DNA of 64,000 nt from Camelus dromedarius (Eukaryota). The position numbers and the translations under genes are program-made. Shown here piece after piece: positions 43,301-55,788 of this stretch (within the stretch, counting starts at the first letter, position 1; each line of letters begins with the position of its first letter). The notes below the pieces were generated by a model. It did no database searches. It was not told where the DNA came from and saw only the letters and a list, made by a program, of their open reading frames with translations. The stretch is from assembly GCF_036321535.1 (NCBI RefSeq), contig NC_087447.1, positions 41,542,001-41,606,000 on the forward strand. Reading direction: 5' to 3'.

Positions 43301-44421
43301 CAGTTGTTTACTGGGAGGCTGGACCTAGCCCTGACTTGGGCCTGAGTCACCTCCTCATGTCCAATCGTGAGGTTGTGCCTTCCTGAGCCCATATAATAAT
43401 TCCTGTGTGTACAGAGCAGGATTACAGGGTTGACACACGATCCTCTGGCCACTGCTGGGCTTTAGCTACCCAGAGATTATGACCCACCTGTCCTCACAGC
43501 TGTTTCATAAACAGTGCGACCAGCAGGCTACAAGCAACCTAAAGAGAGGGCAATATGTATTCATTAAATAATTAAATGGCCTTAAAATAGAGGGGGGAGA
43601 AATCTGAGCCCTAAGTACTATTCTGCCAGAGGAGAGAAGGGGCAAAGGATTCCTTCTGCTGTTGTGTTTGGGGGGCGGGGGAGGTACAATGGGGCTGCAT
43701 GCAAGCGTTCTGCCCCCTGCACCTGAGAACCAACCTGGATCCAACACATCCAGGGCATCTTACTCTGCACCTCTAAGCAGACCATGATAGCCTCAGTCCA
43801 AATAAACATTTTCCCAAGTGTAGTCTGCAGAACATAAAATGTCAGAAGGTTTGGACAACACGGCATATACCATAGTCCTTTACGGGGATTCACACACAAT
43901 TCCTACTAGCAGGTTCTAAACACCCAAAAAGTCCTCCAGTCAAGAAAGCTACTTAACTTTGTTTACCCCAACACACTTATTTGACCCTCTGACCACTGCA
44001 ACCATAGGAAAAAAAAAACCTATTAATATCCTGTGTCATAGGCTTTGGAAAATGTCTTCCACTCTGAGCCTTCATTTTCCAACCTAGAGAAAGCTGCCTT
44101 CCTGGGGCCCAGCTTCAGGGTGAGGTCTACTCCATCAGGTCCAGACAGAGATGGGCAGCAGCCCTACTAAAATGACACAGGCTGGAACAATGGCCAAGGG
44201 TCCTGCTGGAGGGATGTAAGACCCTCCAGAACAACAGCAATTTAGAAGGAAGCTGTGGCTCTGTCCAGAGGGCAAGCTTTGCTCAAGACTTAACAATTCC
44301 ACCTGGAGTCTAACATGCCTCTGCTCCTCATGGCCTAGAAGTCTCCTTGGACTGAGAAGCACTGGTCCCAAACTCAAAGCCTTATTTCCCTTTTGAAGGA
44401 ATATTAAGACAATCTATGGTA

Positions 44422-45430
44422 CTACTGAATGGGAGAAAATATTTGCTAATGATATAAATGATAAGGGGATAATATCCAAAACATATACACAGCTCATACA
44501 ACTCAACATAAAAAAAAACTGAAAAATGGGCAGAAGACCTGAATAGACATTTTTTCAAAAAAGACATACAGATGGCCAACAGGCACATGAATAGATGCTC
44601 AATGTCATTAATCACCAGAGAAATGCAAATAAAAACCACAGCGACATATCATCTCACACCTGTTAGGATGGCTGTTATCAAAAAGACCACAAATGACAAA
44701 TGTTTACGACAATGTGGAGAAAAGGGAACCCTCGTACACTGTTGGTAAGAATGTAAATTGGTGTGGCCACTGTGGACAACGGTATGGAGGTTTCTCAAAA
44801 AACTAACTATAGAACTACCATATGACCCAGCAATTCCACTCCTGGGTATTTATCCAAGTGAAAACACTAATTTGAAAAGATACATGTACCCCAATGTTCA
44901 TAGCAGCACTATTTACAATAGCCAAGACATGGAAGCAACCTAAATGTCCATCAACAGATGAATGGATAAAGAAAATGTGGCATATATATGTACGATGGAA
45001 TACTACTCAGCCATAACAAAGAATGCAACACACTTGGAGGGTATTATGCCATGTGAAATAAGTCAGACAGAGCTAGACAAATATCATATGATATCACTTA
45101 TACATGGAATCTAAAAAAGAAAACAAACTAGTGAATACAACAAAAAAGAAACAGACTCACAGATATAGAGAACAAACTAGTGGTTACCAGTGGGGAGAGA
45201 GAAGTGAGGAGGGACAAGATAGGGGTAGAGGATTAAGAGGTGCAAACTATTCTATATAAAATAAATAAGCTACAGGATGTATTATACAACACAAGAAATA
45301 CAGCCAATACTTTAAAATGACTATAAATGGAGTATAACATGAAAAATGTGAATCACTATGTTGAAAACTTGAAACTTATGTAGTACTGCATATCAACTAC
45401 ATCTCAATTTTAAAAAGACTTTTTAAAAAA
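44422..45430 (+). mobile_element. 5'-truncated L1 (ORF2 end, 3' UTR, A tail) with TSD
   Basis: ORF2 C-terminal remnant [27 protein letters not shown] aagacaatctatggta (44406-44421) / aagaccatctatgata (45431-45446), 14/16 identical, TT|AAGA endonuclease site. Confidence 0.93.
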
Positions 45431-45854
45431 AAGACCATCTATGATAACCAAGCCCAGGCCTGCATGTCCTGCCCAGGAGGCCAGACTGCATTCACTCACT
45501 GCATCACTTAAGTGTCCCTTAAAAATCCCCAAAAATAGGAAAGGCCAGAATTAAACTATGGCTCACTCAAAACGATACCACTCTCCCTCCCCTAAAAGGA
45601 TGCTGTGGGCTTGCCTATAAGGATGCATTTTCCTTCTTGTTTCTGAGGCATGCATGACTCACAGAGGGGTTGGGCAAAGGGGCTTTGCCTGCTAAATACC
45701 AGCTCCATGACAGACCTTGTCCATCTCATTCACTATTATGTCCCCAAGCCTGGAATATCATAGGCATCAAGAAATATCAGTTGAATGAACACATAAAATA
45801 ATGAATGAGTGAATGAGCTAAGTGATGAATCTACCTTTGCTGATGTCAAGAGTC

Positions 45855-46110
45855 AGTACAGTGTGTAGTTAAGAATATGGACTCAAGGCACGTTACTCAG
45901 GTTTGAATCCTGTTCCACCACTAAATTGCATGACCTTGGGCAAGTTACTAATTTCTCTGGCTCAGTTTTATTCCCTATAAAATGGGGATGGTAACACTAC
46001 TGACCTCATAGATTTCCACGACAATTACATTAGTTAGCATACATAAAGTGCTTAGAATAGTACCTGGCAATAACACGTACTTTGTAAGTTTTATCTCTCA
46101 ACATTATTGC
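45855..46110 (+). mobile_element. MIR, near full length
   Basis: ggtttgaatcc...tgaccttgggcaagttac...ctcagttt...ctataaaatggggat...aaagtgcttagaatagtacctggca. Confidence 0.85.
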
Positions 46111-47689
46111 CATCATTGGCATCCTGATATTGGGTACGAGAAAGTCCAGCTGGGAAAATGAATCTGATGTTTCATCTAGACACCAAATCCTTTTATTCAA
46201 CATTATTTATTGAGCACTGTTATGTGCTAGGCACAATCAACTCCTATTTGGGTGCAAGAAGGAAACCATATTCAAACGTAAAACCAGATCAGGAAAAATA
46301 GCCTTCTCTTCTAGGAGTGAAGGCTGACTTTGCATGGCCAGCACTCCAGCCATGAGCCCATCCTCTTAGGCCCTAGCCCCTCATAGATCAGAGCCTAAAG
46401 CCATGGTCTCTTGTCCTAGATATGCAGCCAGCACACAAAAGATATAAGAGATTAATATTTGGGAGGAAGAAACAAGAAGGCCAATGAGAGTAACTTTTGG
46501 GGAGAAAAGGTACTCTCCCTGCTTAACCCTAAAACTACATTGTATCTGCCATGATATTTTCAGTATCTGGGATTGATTTCAAAGCCCACTTGAAGAGTGA
46601 CTCATCTAGTGTAAGGACAAGAAAAACAGGCCTCATCTCTCTAAGAGCTTCTTGATCTGAGAACCACTCACTCCTCATCCAGGATCTCCAAAGGATGGAG
46701 ACTGGGCAGAGGGTGTGGCTCAGAGGTAAAAGAGTCTCCCAGCAACCCATCCATGCAAGCCCCACAATTCTTGGGCAGCCCCACGCTGGCATCTTCAGAG
46801 CAAGCCAGCCCCTCAGAGTTGACATCCAAGTTTGCAGTCAGGCCAGGATAACTACCCCAAACCTGCTATCAACACTCTGGAAAGTGAGAGCTGACAGAGG
46901 CTCTGGCTCTATGGCTTGACTACCACTCAGCTTTGACGCTTTACAGTCGGGAGGAATGTCTCCTACGAGGTTTCAGCTGCAGCCAGCTTTTCCCTAAAGA
47001 TGGCCAAATGTTGGTCACTACGTCCAGGAGGATAGCCAACAAAGGCTCAGGACCATGCTGAAATTCCTCCTAGTGCTTCCAGCTTGCTTCACCCAGCTCC
47101 TTTGCTCATTTGTCATCACCCAGCTTCCAGCCACATGCAAGGACCCAACAGTTAGGGGGAATGACACTCTAGTTAGCAAGCCTCTCCTACTCCAGGGCCT
47201 CTCAAAACTCACCCTAGAGGCCTCTGCCAGCCAAGTCTAGCCATTAGCAGCTCCACTGGCAAAGCAGCTACCAGGAAGTTCAAGGGCAGAAAGCAGGCTG
47301 CCAGAAGCAGTACACCTGCCTCCCTCGCCAGAGAGAGCCAAAGAGGTAAGGATGAAGGCCTCCAATGACCCCATCGCCTGCCAGCCTGTCCATACCCCTG
47401 CCTCCAGATGGAAGCCCACCTCGGCCATTGGCATCCAGCCAGTCTTCAAGTACCTAGAAACTTCTCCCGGCTTAAGTGGTGGCAAGTCCAGTGTCCTAAT
47501 TTCTCTAAACCTTTCGAATCCAATGTAGGTGGCCAGGGAGCTGAGATGCAGCGGGCTCACCTAAGGCCTCTCGAGCCCAGGCCACCGCAGGGACTGAGAC
47601 AGACGCACAGGCCAGGTCCCAGGTAGGGGATAAGCCCAGGATTGGCGCTGCTGCCTTAGCGGGCGAGGAAGCCCAGGGCTGAGGTTCCA

Positions 47690-48500
47690 ATTCCAGGGCG
47701 CTCCGACTCCCGCCCTGGGCCGCGGGGCGTGGGCCCAAGGTCGGCAGCGCAGCATCACGCGTACTCACCGGGGTCGGAGGATAGGGCCATGCGGTGGGCC
47801 GAAGGGGGCGGCCCGCAGGCTGGAGCGCAGGTGGCGGCGCCTTCCCGGACGCACAGCAAGCACCGCGGCGGGACTGCCCAGCACTGCCCCGCCGGCCCGC
47901 GCCGGCCCGGGCCAGGCCTCGCCCCCGGGAGGCACTGGGCGGGAGCCTCCGCGGTAGGGGCGGGGGCCGGCGCTTCCCAGGGCGCGGTGGTGCGGCGCCC
48001 CGGCCCCGAAGCACCCGGAACCGCCCGGCGGGAGAAGGAGAGCCGCCTCCGCAAGGGAGGAAGCCCAGGAGCCGCGCGCCGCCCCAGCCGGTGCCCTACC
48101 TGGGCGCGGAGCCGAGGAGAGGCGAGGAGCCGGCGGCAGGGGGCCGCAGGCCGGGCTGCCGCCCGCCCCCCGCGCTGGCCCGCCGCTACCTGAAGCGCCC
48201 CGCTGGGCCGCGCCGCCTACAGGAAACTTGGGAGCGTCAGGGGCGCGGCGACCGCCGGGTCCCTCGGCCGGAAGCGCGCCCGCCGCAGCGGGGGGTCAGA
48301 TCCAGCGCGGCTCCTCGGACCTCGTCTCCGCGGGTACCCGCCGGGCCCGAGAGCGCTCCCCACGGTGTTCGGACCTTTCCGAACCTCCTTCCCCGCCAGG
48401 ACTTGTCCCAGGGGGAGGTTCTGGGGTCACAGCCCCCAGACAGGTGACTTACCCCCAGTAGCTGAACAGACCCGCAAACGCTGGTTTTCTCCCGCGCGCC
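47690..48500. promoter_or_regulatory. CpG island / AMPD3 exon 1a promoter
   Basis: Very high GC, dense CpG, GC box GGGGCGGGG at ~47957. Confidence 0.9.
47769..47790 (-). CDS. AMPD3: AMPD3 alternative first exon 1a, coding part (MALSSDP, giving MALSSDPAE-MPRQ)
   Basis: ATG GCC CTA TCC TCC GAC CCC G|gtgagt. Phase 1 joins CC GAG of exon 2. Matches recalled human isoform 1a MALSSEPAE. Lies in the CpG island. Confidence 0.9.
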
Positions 48501-49103
48501 TGGGCCCTTGGATCACCTTCCTGCCCCTCCCAATTCTCTCTCTCTCCACCAACCCTCAGCTCTGGTTTGTACACCCGCCCCTCCAAGTCCGGACTGACCT
48601 TCTCGTTGTGAAAGCCTGTGGGTGCCCTGTAACCTCCCTTTCTCGCCTCTCCCCCGCATTTGAACCTGCTAACCACACCTTCCTTCCTGAACCCCTCGGA
48701 GTAGAGTTTCTAGAGTTGGTGCCCACCGCCCCCCTCTCTCCAAATTGTCCACATACCTTAATGACTGCAGCTTCTCAGCCTCCCGGGCCTGGCTTTTCAT
48801 CGTGGTGTTCTTCCCTTGGGTCCCACCACTGCCAGCCTCCTGTTTCATTCTGCCGGCCTACGCTAGGGATCTCACCCACTCCCATGGTTTTAAAAGCCTC
48901 CTGCCTGCTAATGATCTTGAACCTCCTCTCCAGCCCAGAATGCTCCAGAGCTGCAGATGGTGTATTCATCCAACTTCCTGGATACATCTCCACTAGAGGT
49001 TCCTAGGCTGGAGGAAACGTGTGCAAACTCAAACTCCTGATTTCCTCCCAGAACGTGGAATGCACCAGAATGTGGAATGCACCAGAACCTGCTCCCATGT
49101 TTC

Positions 49104-49717
49104 TGTAACCCAGCAGGACCCTGTGGGGCCTTCCTAGGACAGACCTCGCCGCCCCCGCCCCCATGTCCTCCACCTGCTTCTTGTTTGTAAAAGAAACTTT
49201 AGCCTCTTAGGCCATCCCCCAGTTCCAAAGAGCAAATTTAATCAGGGAAGTGAAAAAATGCAGAAACAAAAGAAGACAGTCAAACAAAACAATAATAGTT
49301 TAGCTAAAAAACAAAGTCACGAACTTTTCTTTCCTTCTCCAGGGCTGCAGGTAATATCGAAGCCATAGCCTTGAGCTGCTTTGCAGATAGTGAAACCCCC
49401 ACCAGGTGGAAGAAGTTAATTGCATGCTGATCAACAAGCAGGTAGACCCCAGACCGGTTGGAACCAGAAGCTTGAGGATGTTGACTCCCAATTACCTCAC
49501 CAGCAACCAATCAAAAGAATTTCTACAAGCTGATCAGGCACCTGGTGACCCTCAACCTCACCCTGTCTTTAAAAACTCCCTGAAATCCATCTGTGAGGTC
49601 GAATCTTTTGAGCATTAGCTGCTGTTACTCCTTGCTTGGCCTTGCAATGAACGCTGCACTTTCCTCAACCCATTGTCAGTAGTTTGACTGGTGGACCCAA
49701 AATTGGTTCAATTAACA
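49104..49717 (+). mobile_element. Solo ERV1-type LTR inserted in an L2 fragment
   Basis: TG...CA termini with perfect 4-bp TSD TTTC (49100-49103 / 49718-49721); TATA-like tttaaaaa ~49568; decayed poly(A) signal aatgaa ~49646. Confidence 0.85.
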
Positions 49718-50432
49718 TTTCCAGTCAGCTGAGTCATAGCACTACCACCCACTCCTCCGGGCCACACCTGGGAGCCATCCTTAACTCTTTTCCCTTTCAT
49801 CTCTCATACCAACTTAGTCACCAAGGGGGAAATGAAATTATTCATTAGTGCCCTGACCATGCCAACCGCTTTCATGTTGTCTCATTTAAATGCCGCATTT
49901 TATTCCTTCTGCCTTCTAGCCAGATATTCACAAACTTATTTATAAATGATATGCACACGCAACTGTATATGGTATAAAGCATATAAAGCAAAGTATATAA
50001 TATAAAGCATACTACCAATGATTAAAGGATTTGGTAAAGATGAAACAATAATTTTAAATTACTTCATATTTATTGAATGGTACATTATACTTTTCCCCTT
50101 CGCTTTAAAGTTATTAGCAAAAATCTGTTTAGTGAGAGCAACATGATTAAAAATGGTGAATAAATCTTAGATTAATATTTTATGAGACTTGAAAGTATGC
50201 TTTTAAGTTCAGTTAGTGTCAATACTTAGTCCTAGTGGATATTACTGCAAAAAAACAAAACAAAACAAAAACTGACAAAGATAAATGGACCCAAATAGAA
50301 GAATTCTACCTCTGATTACACTTATCAAATCACAATTCTCACTGTTTAAATCGCATCAACTAATTCTGCAAATGTGAAATTCCCCAGAAAACTCTTCTTT
50401 GTCCATGAAACCCATGTTCCCAATGATGTTTT

Positions 50433-50942
50433 TGTTATCAAGTAAGGCCTGATAAACACAGAGGCCAAAAAACTATGGCACTAGTTTGGAGAAAAGAAAG
50501 AGCTTAATAGCAGGGTTGACCAGCAAGGAGATAGAAGGCAAAACTCTCAAATCTGTCTCCAGAGTCCAGGATTGGGGCAAAATTTAAGGGGCTGGGGGAA
50601 TTTCAAATTTGGAAGCTGACTGGCTAGCCTTGCATCAGTTCATATAAGTTATTCGTGCTACTGGAGGCCAGATTTTCGTTGTTGAAGGACTTCTCCCTTC
50701 ACTCCATAAAGGGCTCCAGTGGCAACATTCCAATTCTTCGAGTTCCATACACTGAAGATCCTTGGTTCGGGGTAATCCCACAGCCGTGGGTTCCCATCTT
50801 GCACATGCGCGACGCTGTCTGTAAAATCACTCAAGGTGTGATTAATCAACCTATTTAAGGAGGCAAAACCAGTTTAAGCTGGTGCTGTTTCAACAGCCTG
50901 TTTAAGGAAGCAAAACCAGTTTAAGCTGGTCAATGCTTTACG
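50433..50942 (-). mobile_element. LTR-like insertion within the Charlie element, with a 47-bp tandem duplication (50847-50930)
   Basis: Starts tgttatcaag, is GC-richer than the flanks, and has tttaaggargcaaaaccagtttaagctggt twice. No clean TSD. Confidence 0.55.
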
Positions 50943-51242
50943 AGTTGTTTCATTTTCATCAGTTGTTCTTGCAAATATTTTTAACCATGGGATTTTCAAG
51001 ATTCCAGAAACTCTTCATTTGGAAGAATGTAACCAGAGTTTAAACGTGTACTTAATTTGGAAGACTGTGGTTATGACAGTCTATATAGCTGACAATGACA
51101 CTTCATTTTGGCACTAAAATTGCATAATGATGGAAACAGTTCCAAACATCAGTTTTCAAGGTGCCTTCCCCATAACATGATTCTTTTAAAGCACAGTTAT
51201 ATTTGTTGCTAAAATATCACCTTTACCTGAAGGGATAGATTT

Positions 51243-51277
51243 TGTGTGTGTGTGCGTGCGCGCGCGCACGCATACAC
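51243..51277. repeat. Alternating purine-pyrimidine tract with a 20-bp perfect palindrome
   Basis: tgcgtgcgcgcgcgcacgca at 51253-51272. Confidence 0.9.
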
Positions 51278-52390
51278 TTGTAACAGTCACAAGCCAGCAC
51301 GTCAGAGGTCAGCAAATTTGGAATACTTGTCCTTTTGTTAAAGTAAACCCATCTTTAAATTCCACAACTTTTAAGTTCTTTGCCTTGAGATAAAAACAGT
51401 AAACCTTTGAGTAATATAAAAGATTTTCATAGTCTCATTACAAAGTATTGTAAAGATTCTACTGTATTTAAGGTTTTTTGTAAATTAACCATATTATTCA
51501 CATCCTGTAATATTTTGTGCTCTTCTCACCTCAATTTCTCTGTTGTTGTAATTTGTAAATGATGCAGCTGACGAGTTTCAAATGGAGTCCCTCCCTACCT
51601 TCAGCCCACAACCTTGTATTTCAGCCTGGACAGCCACTCCATTGGTGATTACTCTTACACAAAAAAGACACAGCATGTTATCTTAAATATATCATTCACA
51701 TTATAAACACATCTTTTCTTTAGTAGATCACAAAGTATTTCTTTGTGAATGCCATTATTGAAAAGTATGGCAAAAGCTTAAGGTGAAACATGTTAGCAAC
51801 TTGCATCCAACCATATAGCCAGCCTCCACAACACAATATGTGTTCTAAACCTTTTTTTCTAAATCTTTGAAAATGTTCTGTGTGTATTTCAACTGAATGT
51901 ATTTTTATGTGTCACCATCTTCTCTCTGTACCAATTCAGTCACCTTAAGCATGGCAAGTAGAACAACAGGTTTTTTCCAGATTGCCTGAAATTTTGCCTT
52001 CTACTATTAAGTAAAAGAGATTTTACTCAAAAGAGATTTCTAGATATGTTGATTACATTTAATAATAATTCACAAAAATACACAACTAAGTATTGCATGA
52101 CTTGGAAAAATGGTAGCAATTTGTCTTCATGCGCTGTTGTACAGAATTTATGTCTTGCTGATCATGATGGCATATTTATATTATTATTAGTTAATACCTC
52201 AATACCTTTAGGTTTGTTGTTAGCTATAGTGATGTAAATCCATATTTTGATTAATCTTTTTTATAAATTTGAACTTTTTTTATGAACTTCCATGTCAGAG
52301 ATAGCATCATAATGGATCTTATATGAGTAGTAGGAAATGGTCAGCTCTGCTATTTTTCTGAGTTTGCTCTTGCTTGCACTATTCATATTA

Positions 52391-52672
52391 CAGCACCCCT
52401 TCCAGGACCTCTGCGGGTAATTAAGTCCATGGATGTTCAAATCCCTTATATAAAATGGCATAGTATCTGCATATAACCTATGCACATCCTCCCGTATACT
52501 TTAAATCATCTCTAGATTACTTGTAATACCTAACACAATGTGAATGCTATGTAAATAGTTGCCAGTCACACTGCAAGTTGAAGTTCTGGTTTTTAGAACT
52601 TTCTCGAATTTTTTTTACAGATATTTTCCATCCAGAGTTGGTTGAATCCGCACGTTTACAGAGGGCCAACTG
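52391..52672. mobile_element. MER2-like Tigger non-autonomous element
   Basis: TA|cag...gagggccaactg; internal cccttatataaaatggcatagtat...tactttaaatcatctctagattactt. Confidence 0.85.
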
Positions 52673-52987
52673 AATTTTCAATCTATGGATTTCTTTGTGG
52701 GAATCGTTTCAAGCCACTTGTCCCTTTTGTGAGATTAGTTCAGTTAACTGATAGATGATATACTCTGTCTACCACCTGGGACACAAATAATTCGCAATAT
52801 CTTGCAATTCACTTGAAAATAACTGGACCAGTGAGGGTACCATTATCACCCCCTCCTCTGTGGACACCTCTACTGTGACGCATGACATGGACACCTGACG
52901 AAAGAGTCGAGTAAGGGTGTGTTGTCAATCTATACAATAAATCTTGGTGACTCTTAACTTTTTTATTTTTACACTAAAACATAAATA

Positions 52988-53436
52988 CAGGCAGACCTCA
53001 TTTTACTGTGTTTTGCTTTATTGCACTTAGCAGACATTGCGTTTTTCACATATTGAAGATCTGTGACAACCTTGCATCAAGCAAGTCTCCTGGCACCATT
53101 TTCCCAACAGCATTTGCTCAATTCGTGTCTGTCACATTTTGGTAATTCTCAAGATATTTCAAACTTTTTCATTATTATATTTGTTATGATGATCTGTGAT
53201 CAGTGATATTTCATGTTACTGTTGTAATTTTTTTGTCTTGTATTTCTTAATTAAGGTAGGAACATTATTTTTTAGGCATAATGCTATTGCACACTTAACT
53301 GTCTACAGTATAGTATAAACAGCTTTCGTATGCACTGAGAAACCAAAAAACTCGTGTGATGTGCTTTATTGTGATATTTGCCTTATTGTGGTCATCTGGA
53401 ACTGAATTCGCACAATATCTCCAAGGTATGCACGTG
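52988..53436. mobile_element. Tigger1 internal-deletion derivative (Tigger1a-like)
   Basis: TA|caggcagacctcatttt...caatatctccaaggtatgcacgtg|TA; Tigger1 left and right end sequences joined. Confidence 0.85.
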
Positions 53437-55669
53437 TAAATAGAGGTTTAAATTTTTCTTTTATGTCCAATGGGGCATCTACCTACACACCCACCTTGAA
53501 GACCACTGATTTAATCCATCCCTCCATTGCTTCAGCTCCATGTGAACACCAACGCATCTCTGCCAACACAACTGCCTCCCCCGCCTCACCCCCAGCCCCC
53601 AGCGGCACCACCAGGCTCTTCTCCATGCTTCTGCCCCCAGGGGCAGACCTCCTGAGTCCTCTCCCCGCCTCCTCCAATCTGCCCTTCCCTCCAATTATTC
53701 AGACTTGAACGCTTTGGTGAGCACTGGGACAAAGCTGTGGGTTACCTCCAACAGTGCTCTGACTCCTAATCCCACTAGGGGATGGGGATTATTTGAGAAT
53801 TTTTGGAAACCCAGAGGTGTTTGGGGTCTGTGCTCCATCCTCCCAGCCCCTACTAACACCCTCCTCTGGGTAAATGTTCCATAATTGTTCCAAGACAGGA
53901 TTGGCAGCCTCCAAAAAACCCATTTCTCTGTCTCCTTTTACTGTCTCCTGAGCTACAGAAGCCAAAATCTTCCCCCAGGAGGCAATAAGAGAGGGTTCTG
54001 CTTCTGAGAGTGCTTTAGCAGAGCCTCATCAAATATGTCCAGTTTTCAAAGCAAAGTGCCCTGGGGCATTCTACTAATTGAGTGGACTGAAGTCATGGCA
54101 TGGGGTCTGACAGCAGGGCAGCAATAGGTCCATCAGGAGTTCTGGTGGCTGAGAATAGTGCCCAGGGCAATGTTCCTGGCTCCATATGTGGAAGGGCATT
54201 GTGGCCCCTACTGATGCCCTGGTGTGATGGGGGTACAGCCTTCCCCGCACCTGCCTCTCCACTCCAGCTGGAGGTTCAATTCCCTCCCCAGGAGTTTTTA
54301 ACTTCCATGTAGTCAATCAACCCAGAGCAAGCTGAAGTCTGACAGTGGGTCCCCATACAACTAACAGCTGGCTCCCTCTTCCTGAAATGGGTTTCTAGAA
54401 AGGAAAGAGTCCAACCTGAACATTTTGAAAATTAGTGGGAGAGCTAGACCTTAGACTCATAGCATGTTCACTCAGGACTGGAGATGGAACTGCTGTGACC
54501 AGAAGTGGGGGATGTGTGGTCCCCATGCCCAGGCCTGAAGTGAGAGAGACACAGCTCAGAAGTGGGACTGGTGTGGAGGCTTGGGGTGACTGGGGACCTT
54601 GGGCTTAGACCCCTCAGCCACTCCTCTCTGGACTGGAGGGAAGGGGGGTCCATGAGTGCGTATTGGAGGCTTGGGGCCCGCAGCACATGACCACGGAACA
54701 CTTTCTCAGTAGTCAAGGGTGGATGCTTCCCAGGACACGCCTGCCTGCTGATGGGCACATGGTCTCTGTAATTAAGCTGAAGTCTGGGAAGGAGCAGTTC
54801 CCTTCCCCATTTAAGAACGGCCTGTCGTCTCTGCCTTCCCTCCAGGACTCTGTACAAGATAATGCTCGGCTATTGCTCCAGCTCACCCCCAATTCATTCC
54901 CATGCTTGTGTGCTTTTCACACTCTCCAAACTCTCCCGTAAGCCTAATCATTATACCATCTGCTGAGGCTCTGCAGTTGGACTTCTACAGATGCGAATCA
55001 CAGCCTCAGATAGACTGGCACATTTAACTCATTGTCTGAACGCCCCAAATCATCTGCCCCACCTCCCTTCATCTCTTACTTTATAATTCAAAACTCAGGT
55101 GTCAAATTCTAGCATGACTGTAGCCTTCCAGAATTATTCTGGAGGGGTGATAGGGACATGGACAGAGTAGAGCCTCAGGTGAGGCTGTGACCTCTGTCTC
55201 CTAGGGATGGAGACTTTCTGCTACGCATGCCCACACATTCTCCTTGGGCCACGCTCATTCCCAGTCCTGGCAGTAGCATTTAACATTTCCAGTCCCAGAC
55301 TATCCTCTTCCCAACCCCTGATTTAGAACTGCCCACCTGACCATTTAATGAACAATTAGGTCAAAGGCTGAATCAGAACCAAGAGTCAATAGCTGTCCTA
55401 TCCCAAGCGTGTGCTTCCCAGCTGAGTGACAAACTCCAGAAGGCTGGCCACCATGAGTAATGACAGCACTGTGGACACCCAGTCCATCCTCAGCTCTATG
55501 GATTCTACCAGGGATATCTGGAGGAACGGGAGCAGCTTAAATTGTATCTGAGTGAAGCATAGGCATTTTTCCAGTTCCTGAATTCCTGTTATTTAAGAAT
55601 GAGCCTAACTATGGTCGCATTGAGGATAATGGCATAAGATTCTGACTTGGGAAATCAAAAAATCAGAAC

Positions 55670-55788
55670 ATTGTGATGGTTGTATAACATTGTGAATGTT
55701 ACTGATGCCACTGAATCGTACATGTGACCCTGTACATGTTAAAACTGCAAATTCTGTGTTCTATATGTTTTACCACAATAAAAAAAAT
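55670..55788 (+). mobile_element. L1MB-like 3' terminus
   Basis: gtgatggttgtataacattgtgaatg...tgccactgaa...ttttaccacaataaaaaaa. Confidence 0.75.

Larger units (their letters stand above)
49921..53508 (-). mobile_element. Ancient hAT-Charlie transposon with decayed transposase, interrupted by three later insertions
   Basis: TIR-like ends cagatattcacaaac / ttgaagaccactg. Minus strand reads (M)DKWL at ~52712-52725, and KYGFTS...EVLTNNNINMPS*SARHKFCTTAHEDKLLPFFQ at ~52100-52250, resembling the Charlie/ZBED BED-finger region. Confidence 0.7.

Noticed and set aside
47505..48447. Long Arg/Pro/Gly-rich ORFs, including an open frame upstream of the exon 1a ATG
   Set aside because: Expected in a CpG island lacking stop codons; no evidence for non-AUG initiation.
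50847..50930. Direct repeats resembling a CRISPR-like array
   Set aside because: Only two copies inside an LTR-like element in a mammalian genome; ordinary tandem duplication.
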